From positions 6,929,449 to 6,993,448 of the forward strand of contig MU058423.1 in the NCBI GenBank assembly GCA_013265495.1: a stretch of 64,000 nt of DNA, in the 5' to 3' direction. The position numbers were made by a program, and so were the translations under genes. This stretch comes from Vicugna vicugna. Lineage: Eukaryota. The notes beneath the pieces were generated by a model, which saw only the letters and a list, made by a program, of their open reading frames with translations, made no database searches and was not told the origin of the DNA. Positions 1 through 13,799 of the stretch are shown in pieces. The first letter of the stretch is position 1; the number at the start of each line of letters is the position of its first letter.

Positions 1-118
1 CATGAGGGCTTTGCCCTTGGGACCCAAGCACTTCCTAAAACCATACCTCCTAATACCATCACAGTGGGCATTAGGAATTCAACATGTGAATTTGGGGGAG
101 ACGCATTCAGACCACAGT
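1..118 (-). mobile_element. MaLR LTR fragment (MLT1A/MST-like), cut by window edge
   Basis: cctcctaataccatcacagtgggcattagg...tcaacatgtgaatttgggggagacgcattcagaccacag is the reverse complement of the MLT1A-type LTR start; it resembles the + strand copy at 17622. Confidence 0.75.
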
Positions 119-3100
119 GCTTAGCTCAGATACATAATGCAGAACCTTCCTTTAAATAGGCCTGGTAATCCATGCTTTTGTTAAAAAAAAAAATGGTCCC
201 AGCTGATTGTTAAAATCTTCAGGCTTTACTGCTGTTTAAGCAGTTGTGCAGTCAGGATCTTCATAAGAAGAATGTGGTATATACTACTTTTCAAACTCAC
301 TTGTGCTGTAACTTTTATATGAGGAAATTCTTATTCGCATGTTGTGAAATAATTGTGCTCCTCGGAGCATGTTTGAAAATATCAGCAAAATGTAAAGGCA
401 TGACAAGCTGAAAAGCTGTGACTTATTCTGTGGCTCCTTAGAAGGTCTGTGGTTCTGAAAACAGAACTATGGGACGTGATGCTGAGGAACTGTAGCAACT
501 AGCCGATGCAGTCATGCTAAGGTTTTTGTACTTTATCTTACAAGTAATGAGGAATCCAGAATGATTTTTGAAGCCAGTAAAATTAGGTTTGAAAAGGTGA
601 ATGAGTGACTTTGTGCATGCTTCATCTTAATTACTTAACTGATTATGAAGTTATACATAATGCAAGACAACAATGAACCAAATAGAAATTAATAAATAAC
701 AAGGAATGACCTATAAGTCTTTTCCAGAGATTATTTTTACGTATATAAAACCTCATCAGGACATGCAGCAACATGAACATTTAGGAAAATTTTAGGGACT
801 CCATATAACTGTTAAGATCGTAGGAAAAGGAGGAAGTAATTTATTTTTTTGTCCCCTCAGGCTCCATGGGGCACTTTCAGGTGAACCACAGTCCTGGAAC
901 AAACCTGTCAGGTTCTTTAATTCTAGACAATCTGGAGACCTGAGCTGTCCTTCCTCGGGATGTAAGTAGAGTAGGACTGAGGCGATGCTGAGCTGGTTTT
1001 GCTTGGATGTCACTAAAATGCGTGATTCAAGAGGCAATATTCAAAAGTAAAACCAAAATCAAAACTAAAATCTGACTAGCATATCCAAGTTGTTTATCAA
1101 CCTCAAAGCAAAGAAAGAGAAAATTTGTATATGTAAGGACCCTGGGTAGAAACAAGAAAATCAGGTAGGAGGAGGGGGTTTTGAGCCAAATGGAGCCTAA
1201 AGATTCTTTTGTTCTGTATAAATGCGGCTCCCTCTGCTTTTCACAGAGCACGTGTGACCTTGAAAAATTCAATGATTGAAAATGAACATCAGTGATTGTT
1301 CAACAAAACTCAGCAAATCAGCTATTGCTAACATGGGTTCTAAAGCACCCCAAGATTAACTTATTCTATATCACCCCAAGATTAATTTATTTAGTGCTCA
1401 CAAAGTGCTCAGGAGCTGAAAATAATGCAACACATGGACCGACTCTCTGTTTTCATAAGACATTTTAGGGGTGTCAGAATCCAAAAAACACAATCACAAC
1501 AAAATTAATTTGAATTCATGTAATAAGCATATGACTTAAAATCATATGGGAAAAGATAAAAAGATGGTGGTAAACCTACTAAATTATTGCAGCAGTTTGT
1601 AACTCAGAAGAGCCTGAGGTTATTCAAGCCAGACTCAAATGCTTCTCTTTCTCCGAGGTTTTTCCAGATTATGCAAATTTAGTCCCCTTTGGATAGTTCT
1701 TCAGATGTAAGCATCCATTCAGACAGTGAGTGTGGTCTCATTTAATGGACCCATTATCTCTGGTTTTGCTCCATCCTGGGTTCTCTGCCTTTATTACAGA
1801 GTTCATTTTGGAAACTTGTCTTCAAAGCAATTGATAGATCTGATTTCTGTCCAACATACCAAACACTCTTCATAGGAGCTTATAGTGTTTAAAACTAAAA
1901 TTTTTGGAAGTGTAATAGTTCACGTGGAAACTCTCTGCCCTAAACTCTTACTGCCTTTGTCTGGACCACACAGTTGAGCAGTTGGTTAGCTACTTATTAG
2001 CCACTCTATAAATACTTGTTGACTCATCAGCTATGTGTGAGGTTTCATGGTTTGCTAATTGTTTGCCCTCTATAAGTCATATTTCCCCAAATGGAATGTA
2101 AACAATGTGATATTCAAAGCAGCATTTTTCTTTCTATTCATGTATTATCCCTTAGTTTTTCCCTTCTAAAATATTCAGAAAGGGAGGAAAAGAAGGTCAT
2201 CTTTTCTCTTTCATCATGATTTTTCTACACAACCTGCAAAGAGTTACTGAGTTACTTTTAGTAGCCTTCATGACAGCCAAGTTGTGATTTCAGGAAATGA
2301 AGCTAATTCCAGCTTACATGTGTAGCACATTTTTATACCTCTTTACAAGAACAAAGAAGGTTTGAAAAAAGAAAGAATGGTAGTGATGAAATAAACACAG
2401 GGAAGATTTAGAGGAGTTCAGTGAGAACCGTATCAATCAGAAAAAAGTATACGACGCACACTTGAGGTAGAGAAAGAGAGAGGAACGACTTTGCAATAAA
2501 TTCTGGTTGAAATGACAGATGACTGCAAAACAGCTTTGTATGCATGAGATGGAATTTTTTATACTTGCTTGCAGTTAATCATTGCTCAAATTGGTAGAAG
2601 AACCAACAGAATTGGTGGTTGAACTCAAGTCTTCTATCATTCAGCCTGGTGCATACTTATGATTTGCTTTTGGTACACGAGAATTGCTTTCAGTCATGTT
2701 GAACTTTACTAAGATAACACAGTTAGTTGTGGTTGGCAGTAAAACTGGGTATGTGGCTCTCTGACAGATTTCAACCTTTTGAAGCATAACCTCCCAAGAA
2801 GCAGTAGACCAAAAGCCATCCTAATGTTTTTCTATATTTTACTATGATAGGAACACTACCAAGAGATTTTTGATTATAACAAACTTATTTTAGAACATTC
2901 ACACATATTTGTAAAATTATAATATCCCCACTCCCCGAAATAGATACTTTTGAATACTGAATGTATTAAAAACAAAGAAATTTAGGAGTAAGTGTAGAAT
3001 GGAAGACAGGCCCTGCTTTTTGATGCTCTCTAAAGCAAAATACATCTCAAAACATTCAAAAAATTAAAATGTAAGTATGAATCTTTTAAAATATTGAATA

Positions 3101-3339
3101 AATCCAATGTAATATTTTTTAATCCTTAAAATGGTGGTGACAATTTAGTGTAAATCTTCCTACTTCTTCTTATTCTCTGCCTACTTGTAGACTTTGACTT
3201 TTCTTCTACTCTCTTTTTTGGTGGAGTTATTCTAATTATATGGTAGCAATATTAACTCATAAGTTAAAAAAAGAAAAGAAAATGTATTCCTCCTCTTGAA
3301 GTAGGAAAGTACTATAAAATAGCAGTCAAAGCTTTTTTT

Positions 3340-4224
3340 TTTCCTTCTGCCAATATCCACTCCATCGTGTTTTCCCCTTATTGGCTTAATAGAGCTAATA
3401 CTAACATTTGTATGGTGCATCCTAGCGCACCATTTCAGCGTTTTCTCAAGCACTGCCTCATTTAGTACCCACAATAACCCTTTGGGGGCGGCTATTATCA
3501 TCTCCATGCTGCAGACAGGGAAACTAGGATTCAGAGAGGCTCAGCAACTTGTAAATAGTTTTCAGAATTCATTGGATTCATTTTACAACCATTATGAATG
3601 AGGATTTTGTTGACAATTTAATGACATGGGAAAATGCTCATGAAAAAAATTCAAAAAGAAAACCCAGCAGGCCATAACCTATAGTAAATAAATCCAATTT
3701 TCTCCTTTCTGCACTTCAGATTTTCCATAAAAAGCATGCACTAATTTTCATAATATGATTAGGTCTGTGATAATTTTTATTATTTCCTTCTGCCAATATC
3801 CACTCCATCGTGTTTTCCCCTTATTGGCTTAATAGAGCTAATACTAACATTTGTATGGTGCATCCTAGCGCACCATTTCAGCGTTTTCTCAAGCACTGCC
3901 TCATTTAGTACCCACAATAACCCTTTGGGGGCGGCTATTATCATCTCCATGCTGCAGACAGGGAAACTAGGGTTCAGAGAGGCTCAGCAACTTGTAAATA
4001 GTTTTCAGAATTCATTGGATTCATTTTACAACCATTATGAATGAGGATTTTGTTGACAATTTAATGACATGGGAAAATGCTCATGAAAAAAATTCAAAAA
4101 GAAAACCCAGCAGGCCATAACCTATAGTAAATAAATCCAATTTTCTCCTTTCTGCACTTCAGATTTTCCATAAAAAGCATGCACTAATTTTCATAATATG
4201 ATTAGGTCTGTGATAATTTTTATT
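3340..4224. repeat. Tandem duplication, 443-bp period, two copies
   Basis: 3340-3781 recurs at 3783-4224. By-eye comparison shows one substitution (A3529 vs G3972). Confidence 0.97.
3397..3551 (-). mobile_element. MIR SINE (second copy at ~3840-3994 within the duplication)
   Basis: MIR core ctcatttagtacccacaataacc...attatcatctccatgctgcagacagggaaactaggattcagagagg. Confidence 0.75.
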
Positions 4225-4589
4225 GTCTAGCAAAAACAACATTAACCCCATACTATGTTCAGTTCCACTACCAATTTTCTTATAGAAAAATCATTAGTGC
4301 CATAGCTTTATAACTGTAAACCGATATTTTGGAAAGAATGAACTCGGGTTTGAACATGAACAAGTTAATTTATTAAACAATGTTTTGTTCTCCTTAATTA
4401 TTTTTTGCCCCAAATCATCAAATTAGGTGTCTATCAGTGGAAGTGTACAAACTAGACAGTATTCATTATCTTTAGGAAATCTTTCGTTTTTCCATACTCC
4501 TGGGGAGTAAGTATGCAGGACTCAAAATAGCTAAGATTTATTGAATAATCTTTGTGGTGGGTATTTTTTAAAATGCTGTAATAGAACAA

Positions 4590-4760
4590 GCCAATTAAAT
4601 CTGACACCATCTCTATGAAGTTGGTCTTATTTATTATACACTTTTATAGCTCAGGAAACTGAGACTTGGAGATGTAATATGAATTATCCATGTTCATGGC
4701 CAGTGAGGCAGAGATACAACTCAAACCCAGATATTTCTTTATCCAAAGCCTCTGTCCTCA
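4590..4760 (-). mobile_element. MIR SINE
   Basis: ttattatacacttttatagctcaggaaactgagacttggaga...ggcagagatacaactcaaacccag...tccaaagcc. Confidence 0.7.
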
Positions 4761-6034
4761 AGCTACTAATCCTGTTCTCCTTAAACTGAACAATATATGA
4801 GCGGCCTTAATCCCTGTGACCTGAACCTCAGCTAGTAATCTTAATTTATTAGCTCTACTTGTTAACATCCTTCATTATTTATTTTACATTTTAGAGTCAC
4901 ATTTAGCTTTTGGTTTTGTTGTTTATTAGCTGGCTATTTGTTATTATAGAGATAAATATAAATTCACTTTCTTTTGCTGGCTTCCATTAACTAGTCATTT
5001 GGAGAGCAGTAGGAAGAACTAAGGAGTAAACAAACAAACAAAAAATTTGCTCAGGGATGAATTCACAACCCTCTGGGCTTTAGTAAATTTTGAAATGTTA
5101 AGAGTTATTGAATTTGTACAGCCCAGTTAAAATCATACTGTGGACTTTATAAAAAAGATTTCAGACAAAAAATTTTTTTTAATCATCAAATACCAACCAC
5201 AGATGGTTTTCCTTTTTATATCATGGAAGTGGAACCTTCTGAAGATGCTTTCCCCTTGAGATGTTGAGTTAGTGATAGGTTGCCTTGACATTTATCCAAA
5301 CCATATTTGAAAAACTGAATTATCGTCTTATCTTTGTGGCAATAAATTCTGAATGTGTTAAACTCTCTGGAAGGTCATAGGTTTAAGACTGTAATATATC
5401 AAGATAAAAAAATGCCATATGTCATGTGGGAACTGAAATGCAGCCAAGGGGAAGAACCCTATAGGAGGAGGAGCATTTTCTTCATCACTGTGACTTTTTT
5501 GGTTGTTTTCCATGTAAAAACACATTTCATGACTTTATTTTATTCCCTCTTTTAGTGAATTATGAATCATTCCCTTCACATAATAATATATTCTGTTCTC
5601 CACATTAAATTTGGTAGAACATGTGATAAGAATTATTTCAGGACTGACAAAGTTTTTCTAAATATTTCACTTATTTCTTTTATTTGCCTTGGAGAGGCTG
5701 GCCGTCATCGCTCCTGTTGCTCCTTCATGATGCATTCACTCAAGCAGAATGACATAAGTTGCTCAGTTTTATGTTTCACATGGATTGTTTTACTTATTGT
5801 GTAAAATAGTTGTGCTACGTCCTGTGACTTTGGGATCCCAATCTGCAAATTCAGACGTACCAGGCTTTAAAGTTTCTCAGCTAGGAGCATTCTTTGCTTA
5901 CACAGTAATTTACCCGAAGTTCCATTAAAGATTATGCTTTTTAACTCATTTATAAATTTTTGAAAGGTAAACCTTACAAATCAAATCTAAATAATGTGTA
6001 ACTATAGAAATACTCATAAATAATTGCAAATAAT

Positions 6035-7400
6035 TTGTTGTGGATATATTACTGGGATTTTTTAATAGAAATTGCATTAAACTATAGATTAATTTGGAGA
6101 GCATCAACATCCTTACTATGTTCAGTTTTCCAAATCATTAAAATGATTGTTTCTTCTACAATGAGGTATCACCTCACACCAGTCAGAATGGCCGTCATTC
6201 AAAAATCCAAAAATGACAAATGCTGGAGAGGCTGTGGAGAAAGGGGAACCCTCCTACACTGCTGGTGGGAATGCAGTTTGGTGCAGCCACTATGGAAAAC
6301 AGTGTGGAGATTCCTCAAAAGACTAAGAATAGACTTAACATATGACCCAGGAATCCCACTCCTGGGCTTGTACCCAGAAGGAAATCTACTTCAGGATGAC
6401 ACCTGCACCCCAATGTTCATAGCAGCACTATTTACAATAGCCAAAACGTGGAAACAACCTAAATGTCCATCAACAGGTGACTGGATAAAGAAGATGTGGT
6501 ATATTTATACAATGGAATACTATACAGCCATAAAAACCGACAACATAATGCCATTTGCAGCAACATGGATGCTCCTAGAGAATGTCATTCTAAGTGAAGT
6601 AAGCCAGAAAGAGAAAGAAAAATACCATATGAGATCGCTCATATGTGGAATCTAAAAAACAAAAACAAACAAACAAACAAAAACAAAGCATAAATACAGG
6701 ACAGAAATAGACTCATGGACAGAGAATACAGACTTGTGGTTACCGGGGGGGTAGAGGGTGGGAAGGGATAGACTGGGATTTCAAAATTGTAGAATAGATA
6801 AACAAGATTACACTGTATAGCACAGGGAAATATACACAAAATGTTATGATAAATCACAGAGAAAAAAATGTGACAATGAGTGTGTATATGTCCATGAATG
6901 ACTGAAAAATTGTGCTGAACACTGGAATTTGACACAACACTGTAAAATGATTATGAATCAATAAAAAATGATTGTTTCTTCATTTATTTATATTTTCTTT
7001 GTTTCCTTTTATGTGCTTTGTAATTTTCAGCATACAAACACTGTATATATTTTGTTAAATTTGTATTTATGTATGTTGGTTTTTGAGTGAGTGGCATTGT
7101 TTTTCATTTTGGTTTCCACATTTTTATTGCTAATATATAGAAGTGCAATTGATTGGTAGCGTCCTGGAATTTTCTATGTAGATTACAGTGTCATCTGCAA
7201 ATAGAGAAAGTTTTATATCTTCCTTTCCTATTTATATGCCTTTTCTTTCATCAATATGTCTAGGAGTTCCAGTGCTATGTCGAATGAGTGGTGAGAACTG
7301 ACATCTTTGCCTTAGTCTCATTTTATAAGGAATACAGTCAGTCTTCATTATTAAGCATAATGTTAGGTGTAGATTATTGTTTTTCTTTTTTAAAACGTAG
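6035..7400 (-). mobile_element. Old L1 (L1M-type) ORF2 fragment, interrupted by a young L1
   Basis: Degraded reverse-strand ORF2 motifs (gaaattgcattaaactatagattaatttggagag; gtcatctgcaaatagaga; agtggtgagaactgacatctttgcctt) continue across the 6140-6981 insertion. Confidence 0.7.
6157..6964 (+). mobile_element. Young 5'-truncated L1 (ORF2 C-terminus + 3' UTR) with 17-bp TSD
   Basis: Open ORF2 C-terminus MRYHLTPVRMA...[18 protein letters not shown]...KYHMRSLICGI* ends at 6655, followed by the 3' UTR and AATAAA. TSD AAAATGATTGTTTCTTC lies at 6140-6156 and 6965-6981. Confidence 0.95.
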
Positions 7401-8199
7401 TTTTGAATTATTGATTATTACATTACTGTAAGCAAGTTTACATCTGTTTTATAATAAGCAAAGGCTAAGAATGTTTGTTCCCAGATCTCACATGTCAGGA
7501 TAATAAACACACACCTGCCTCCTGACAAAACTTGTAGTTTCATCCCCTTCCTGATACTTGGTGGTGCCTTAGTTTCAAGTGAGATGCAATAAAGTAGAAG
7601 GGTTAAGAGTGTTGACCTCAGAGTCAATCTGCCTGTGTTTATCTCACAAATCATATCACCCAGCTTTATCTCTCAAGAGGGATTAAGAACTGGTTTCTGA
7701 TCCTGTAAAGTTTGTGACAGCTAACCTTGCCAGAGTAATACTGTATGACAAGAGTTGGAATGTAGTATGTTTGATCCAAGTTGGGTCAATTATCCAAGCC
7801 TGAAGGGTAGGAGAATGGAAAAAATAACTCTTCCCTGTGAAAAAGAAACTCTATGTTGAAATTCTTCTGTAGCATGAATGAAAATCACCTAGTCCTTAAA
7901 AAAACTTCCAAGTACTATACATATATTTATTGCTATATATGTATAGAATTTGCAATTTGTTAAAATTCTTTGGATTTATAATTTTATTGAAGAATTAGTA
8001 GATATGTTTTTTAATATTCTTAAATTTACATATATTCACCCTGAGTTTACAGAGATATGTATGTTTTAGGTAAGTGGTAAGCAAACCGTCACATTTAGAT
8101 AAGTATCAAATACAGTTGTGGTTGTAAAATGCCTTGAGAAGATATATTAATTTTTTTTTGGGGGTAGTTTTAGGGTAGAGTTTTAAAAGTCTAAGGTTC

Positions 8200-8280
8200 A
8201 AACTCCCCATTATAAGATAAACAAGTTCTGAGGATGTAATGTACAGCATGGTGACCATAATTAATAAAATAAATAAATGA
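8200..8280 (+). mobile_element. Short L1 3'-UTR fragment (L1MA-like)
   Basis: ttataagataaacaagttctgaggatgtaatgtacagcatggtgaccata followed by an A-rich tail. Confidence 0.6.
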
Positions 8281-8450
8281 TCATTAGCCAATCAGTTGCT
8301 TGTGTGATGAAATTTGATAACTTAGAATTGAGCTATAATATCTGATTTATGATAATACAAACCTGTATTCTAAATACCTTATAGATAATATGTAATTATC
8401 ATTTTTCTATTGTGAGTCACTCATCTATCTGGAGGTTAGGACTGGAACAT

Positions 8451-8559
8451 GGGGGTGGGTAAATAGCTCAGTGGTAGAGTGCATGCTAAGCATGTATGAG
8501 GTCCTGGGTTCAATTCCCAGTACTTCTGTTTAAAAAAAAAGTCATGAAAAAAAATAAAA
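8451..8559 (+). mobile_element. tRNA-Ala-derived SINE (camelid vic-1-like)
   Basis: GGGG head, Pol III A box (tagctcagtgg), B box (ggttcaattccc), Ala-like anticodon arm (gcatgctaagcatgt) and A-rich tail. Degenerate TSD aggactggaacat/aagattagaacac. Confidence 0.85.
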
Positions 8560-9599
8560 GATTAGAACACAAAATCTTTTTTCAAGACTTTTTTTCATAC
8601 GTAGTTACAAAAATTTTTTTTCTTACCTTGATCTCTTTCAAGACTCTTACTTTCTGATACAAACCTACATTTTTTTTGTTTATGATAAATATATATTGAA
8701 TGCAAATGGAATTAAACTGTAAAAAGTTGTGCAGATGTTTGGAAATGTAGCAGTAAATTTTCTTCACTCATTATAGGAATTTTAATGTTATACACGCTAT
8801 TTTGTGTGGAATGATCTAGAAAACACCAACTTTTAGAAATCAGAACATGTTTGTCGTCATTCTATCTCTTCCACTAACAGGGTAAAAAGATATGCAGGAG
8901 ACCATTCCCTAACCCTCACTAGCAAATAACTGCATGCTCTTGGGAAAAAAAATTTAATTTTCTGTATCTAGTTACCTCAAAAAATTTTAAAGGGTTGAAC
9001 CATAAAATTTACTGTTTGATTCTCTTCATCTGAATTACTAATTATAATGTTGCTTTATGAAAAAACTTTTTCCTTCCATGTTTAATAAATTTAGAAAAGA
9101 TCCAAAAAGTATCTGGAAACATAAATCCTCTGATTTTCAGACTAACCTTCTAGTTTTCATATTAACTAGATAATTGTGATGATGATAATGCTACTTTAAA
9201 TATTTCAAAGTGAAAAAGGATATCCCTTGTATATTTTTAAAATATATTCACCAGAGAAACTTAACATTAGATGGACTATAAAGTAAGTATAAAGAAATTC
9301 TGCTCATAGATGATGTCATTTTATCCTTTCTTCCTAATATCAATATTGCATGCTCAGTCACAGCCTTAAGGAAGAATGCTTCCAGGTGTCTACCATGGTG
9401 TTTATTAAACACTATGCTAGAAACTTTATGCAGATTATTAGTAAATTCTCAACAGACCTGTGGTAATCTTTCATGCTTCATCTAGCACTTAGGGTCTTTG
9501 CTTTGCAGGCACGTGGTAGGAATGCTCTTTTAGACTCCAGCAGAATTGGGTGGGACCATATACTGAGTGCTAACCAATTCACTGTGAGTGGAGGTGACA

Positions 9600-9825
9600 T
9601 ATGTCACCTCACTGAATTATTTTATTTGCTTCAGCTAATTATAACTTTTGAGATAGTGGTTTTTCTATCATGCTGTGTCTTAGAGCAGGTATGATGGAGA
9701 GCAGATATGATGAAGTCTGTCAATTCATGACAGATATATAGCCTGAATAAGACAGCAACTTTTTTTTTATAAGCTACTCAGGTTTGCTGGGGTTTTGTTA
9801 CTGTAGCCTAGCCTAAACTAGTATT
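9600..9825 (+). mobile_element. Old MaLR LTR 3' part (MLT1-type), followed by a MIR fragment to ~9930
   Basis: ttataagctactcaggtttgctggggttttgttactgtagcctagcctaaact resembles an MLT1 LTR terminus. Confidence 0.45.
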
Positions 9826-11189
9826 AACTTTCCTGTTTTACAGATCAAAATAAATTACACCGCTAGTAAGAGGGAGAATTAAGATACAAACTCAAGTCTG
9901 TTTCCAAAGTGCATGCTTTTCTGTACAGCCTACACTGTCAGTGGGCATCCCATATCCCTTTGTGCCAGCATTTGGATTTTCAGTCACTCAGTTTTGCAGC
10001 CTTTGTTGAGTATCTCAGGTGTTCTTGTATTGCTGTAGAACCCTAAGGTCATTTCTCTGAGAATGCATTAAAATATATTATTTATTTAAGGTTTAAATTC
10101 ATTCTGCTACTGTTACGATTTTGCATAAGGAGAGCACTGGGAATTATGTAAAACAACATTTCATGGTCTTGATGTTGCATAACTCCCAGCTGCTGACCAT
10201 ATGAAGAAGCCACGTAAACAATTGCAAACACACAGTAGAGGGTTTTATTAAAAATATATGAGCTCTGAGACTGACAAAACACTGCTACAAATTCTTAAAC
10301 TTTTTGATTTGATTTAAAATATATAATAAAGCTCAGCATAAAGAGCTTAGTTATAATGTACGGTTCCATCCTTTTTTGTTTAAAATAATATTTTCATTAA
10401 TAGAAAAATGCTTCATTGTTCTTTTAATCTATTTTCTATTAAAGTTCAGAAATTTCTGGTAAAAGTAAACATTCCTTATGCTACATGAGTCAACTTAGTT
10501 TATGCAGAGTCTTTATTCATTTTCATATAAATACTACACTAAATAATGGATTATTGGATAGTGCTTGGAATGAATGGTGACCCAATTTTCATAGTATGTA
10601 CAACATTTTTTAAGAATTAAAATTGGATTTTACCTCCATAGCTCTGACACAAATCAAGTGACCATTAAAATTATCTGATATTTTAGTTTTGCATTATAAC
10701 TATAACTACAGATTTTAATGATGTAATATGTTTTTGCTATAAGCAAAATTCTTGATTTTACTTGCTGGAGTGCCAATAGGAGGTAACTAAGGACACCTTA
10801 ATCCAAAATCTAGAATCAAGGGACTCCATTAATATGTCAAATATTCCAGGAAGTAAAAAATCCAAATAAACAAACAAAAAAACAACAAAAAAAGTTGCAT
10901 CCAACCTTCATTAAAGAAAAAATAATTATTCTAAAGATAAGTGCTTTAAAAATGATGTGTTCTGAAACATGACCAAAAAGCATGGTCTAGAGCATAATTT
11001 GTATTTCAAAAAATTATACTGACTTTGAAAAAATCTTTTATCCTCTTTGGGGATTCCTCCTTCCTTAAAAATTTCATAATATCCTTCCAGTATTATTATA
11101 CCTAACATAAATACCCTTGGAGAACTGAAAAGAGCTATAATTATACATGTTACATTTTTTAAAACATTAAGAGAAAAAGGAAAGTTATA

Positions 11190-11900
11190 ACTGAGGAGAT
11201 ATCAACTGCAAACTACATAACCAACAATGAATTAATATTCAGAACATATAAATGAATAATTTTCATGAAAAATCAATATGATAAAGTACAAGCAACTCCT
11301 AAAAATAAGAAAATATGAACACTATTTACATGCAAGAAAAACATGTACCTAAAAGATACATGAATAGAATTTCAAAATAAACCACAACTGACATTATCTT
11401 ATACTTACTAGTGTGAGGAAACATGGACAATGGAAAGACCAGCTAATAGTAAGTATTCATACACATGAGAATAAGAGGAATTCATGTACATCGTTGGTGG
11501 AGTGTAACCCAGTACCCTCATTCTGAGAAAGAATTTGGCATGATTTTATAAAGTTGAACATGCACATGTCTTACAATCCAACACTTTCTGTTCTAGAAAA
11601 ATACCATGAAATCTTGTAGCATTAGGGTCCAGAAGACACGTACAAGAATATTTACAGAATTGTTTATACTACCAAAACATTGGAAACAACACGAAATGTC
11701 TATCAACCTGAGAATGGATAAATAAATGCACGTTATGATACAAAACAGCAGTGAAAAAAATAAACTTCATCTATATAATCAATAGAGTTGCAGCTTATAA
11801 ACATAAAATGTATAAGAAAAATGTTACAGCAGAATACATTCTGATATGAATGAAATAAAGTTCACAATCTCAGCTCTATATTGTTATGGAACCCCTTTAT
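11190..11900 (+). mobile_element. Old L1 (L1ME-type) 3' region
   Basis: Degraded ORF2 C-terminal motifs: gttggtggagtgtaa, gtacaagaatatttacag, tggaaacaacacgaaatgtctatcaac...gaatggataaataa. Confidence 0.7.
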
Positions 11901-12384
11901 GTTCTAAAAGTATAAGAAAAATCACGTCACTAGAGCTAAATCTGTACAAAGTATCAAAAAAGTATAGCCTTATACTCTGACATTTTCTTTTACACCAAAC
12001 CCTGACAGACCTCTCGCTAATGTGAATTTTCAATGACAGTTTTAGTTGTATAATACAGGGCCATAAACTAAACTTCTAAGTATATTGTTAATTTAAAAAA
12101 TTTCATCAATGTGCATTTTCTACATCTAAATCAATCAGTGTTTTTTATTTAGTTTAAAGGAATGACTTATCCTATGTTTCTATTACAGGCCCTTGAACCC
12201 TCTAGTGGAGATTTTATTTGTTCCAATTTTGTGTTTGTTTTACAGCAAAGGGTTTTACATCTGATCTCTCACCTGTCCCACTTACCTATCTCTGAAATGA
12301 CATACGCTCACAAAGAGAAAGTGTGTAGTATGACCACATTCAGGTAATAGTATGTCGTGGATTCTGACGCTTTCCTGGACTGAT

Positions 12385-13050
12385 CTTTTCTCACCTCAAT
12401 TATTCAGCTCCTCCTAATTGGTCTCTGCTTCTTCTGCCCTTCCTGCCCTTCAGGGTGTTCTCAACACAGAGGTCAGAGTAACTAGGTGAACACAGAAGTC
12501 AGATTATTCAGATTATGCCAGTTCCCCACTTAAAGTCCTCCAGTGACCTCTGGCTGTAGCCAGATGCTTACAAGGTCCTTGGAGACCCGGTGTCATTTGG
12601 CCCCTGTTCTCTCTCTGTCCTCTGCTCTCTTCCTTGCTCCTTCCTTTCTAGTCGCACTGCCTCCGCTCTGTTCTGTCGGACATGCTCCCTCAGCAGAAAC
12701 TGTATACAAACTGTTTCCTCTGCTCAAATTCTCTTCCGGGAGCAGTCTACAAGGCTTGCTGCCTCACATCCTTTGGGCACTTCCTCACTTCCTCAGCAAG
12801 GCCTTCACTGACAAATCGATTAAACATTTCAACTTCTTATTATCTATGTGTGTATATATGTGTAAAATTTTTAAAATTTACTTATTCCTTTTTTTTTTTT
12901 GCCTTTCCTCTTGACTTCTAGAATGTAAGTGGTATAAAGGCAAGAACTTCTCTTATTTGCCCCCATTTCCTTCCCCTTCTTTCTTTTTCCGTGTCAGCAA
13001 TGCTGATGTGAGTGCCACACACGCAGTAGCTCTCATATGGAATGAATTAT
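12385..13050 (+). mobile_element. L2 LINE 3' region
   Basis: ctcctaattggtctctgct, ttctcaacacagaggtcagagt, cttcctcagcaaggccttcactgac and ctagaatgtaag...aaggcaagaact are L2 3' motifs. Confidence 0.7.
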
Positions 13051-13799
13051 TCCTGAAATTTCTAGTATTAGGATTGAAACATTAACTTTATAAAACGCAT
13101 TGTAAAAAGGGGGAAATATATATTAAGAGGGGAACTTATAAAACATTTAAACCTCCTTGATGCTTGTGATTCCAGGAGAAAGGCCCTGTGGGGATAGTGG
13201 CAGTACATCAAAGACACCCAATAAATGTGAACTGAATGAGGGATTTTGGCGCACAGGAGAAGTGAATGTCCATGGGAAAAGGGAAAATTCTAGAATAAAG
13301 TATAAACAACCTCACACTCCAAGAAAGGGCACTGCATAGGATATTATAAAAATTTTCACTTAGCCTAATAGTTTCATTCATAATTTAGGTATATGTAAGA
13401 GTTTTATGCACAATTCAAGCTTCTTTATCTTTTTCATTCTCAAAATAGAATTTTTTTCTTCACTGCAAGATGAATTAATTCATAAATGGCAACATTTTTT
13501 GTCTGCTATTATTGCTTCAAGTAGAATTCTGATCAATACAAGGAAATCAAAAGTGTGATTTTTGTAAACCTCATGCACATATTGCTTTTGTTTCCTGCAA
13601 CTTTGAAAAAGACTAACCAAAGGGAAGCTTAAAAAAAAAACACACAAACAAAAAAGAATAAGAATAAATATTTTAATTGTCAAATTTGACCACATACTGG
13701 TCAAATATTATTTTCTCATGTATACTAAGCATATGTAGACTGTAACCTCTCTTGAGAGCAGAAATATTGCTTATTTTGTTCATTGGTTCTCTTGGTAAA

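Noticed and set aside
1346..1391. Short two-copy direct repeats (also at ~25632-25666, ~31204-31246 and 43016-43055) as CRISPR-like arrays or TSDs
   Set aside because: Each has only two copies at a 19-26 nt period with no spacer array; they are ordinary micro-duplications.
2340..2560. Purine-rich stretch with charged peptide frames (EDLEEFSENRINQKK; EKSIRRTLEVEKER)
   Set aside because: Stops occur in all frames, there is no pyrimidine-tract acceptor, and purine richness alone gives E/K/R-rich translations.
6035..6655. 206-aa ORF as a host gene
   Set aside because: It is a chance in-frame fusion of antisense old-L1 sequence (TTG start) to the ORF2 C-terminus of a truncated young L1.
8451..8530. 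tRNA-Ala gene
   Set aside because: The acceptor stem does not pair cleanly, there is an A-rich tail and a degenerate TSD, and a second diverged copy lies at 55920. It is a SINE.
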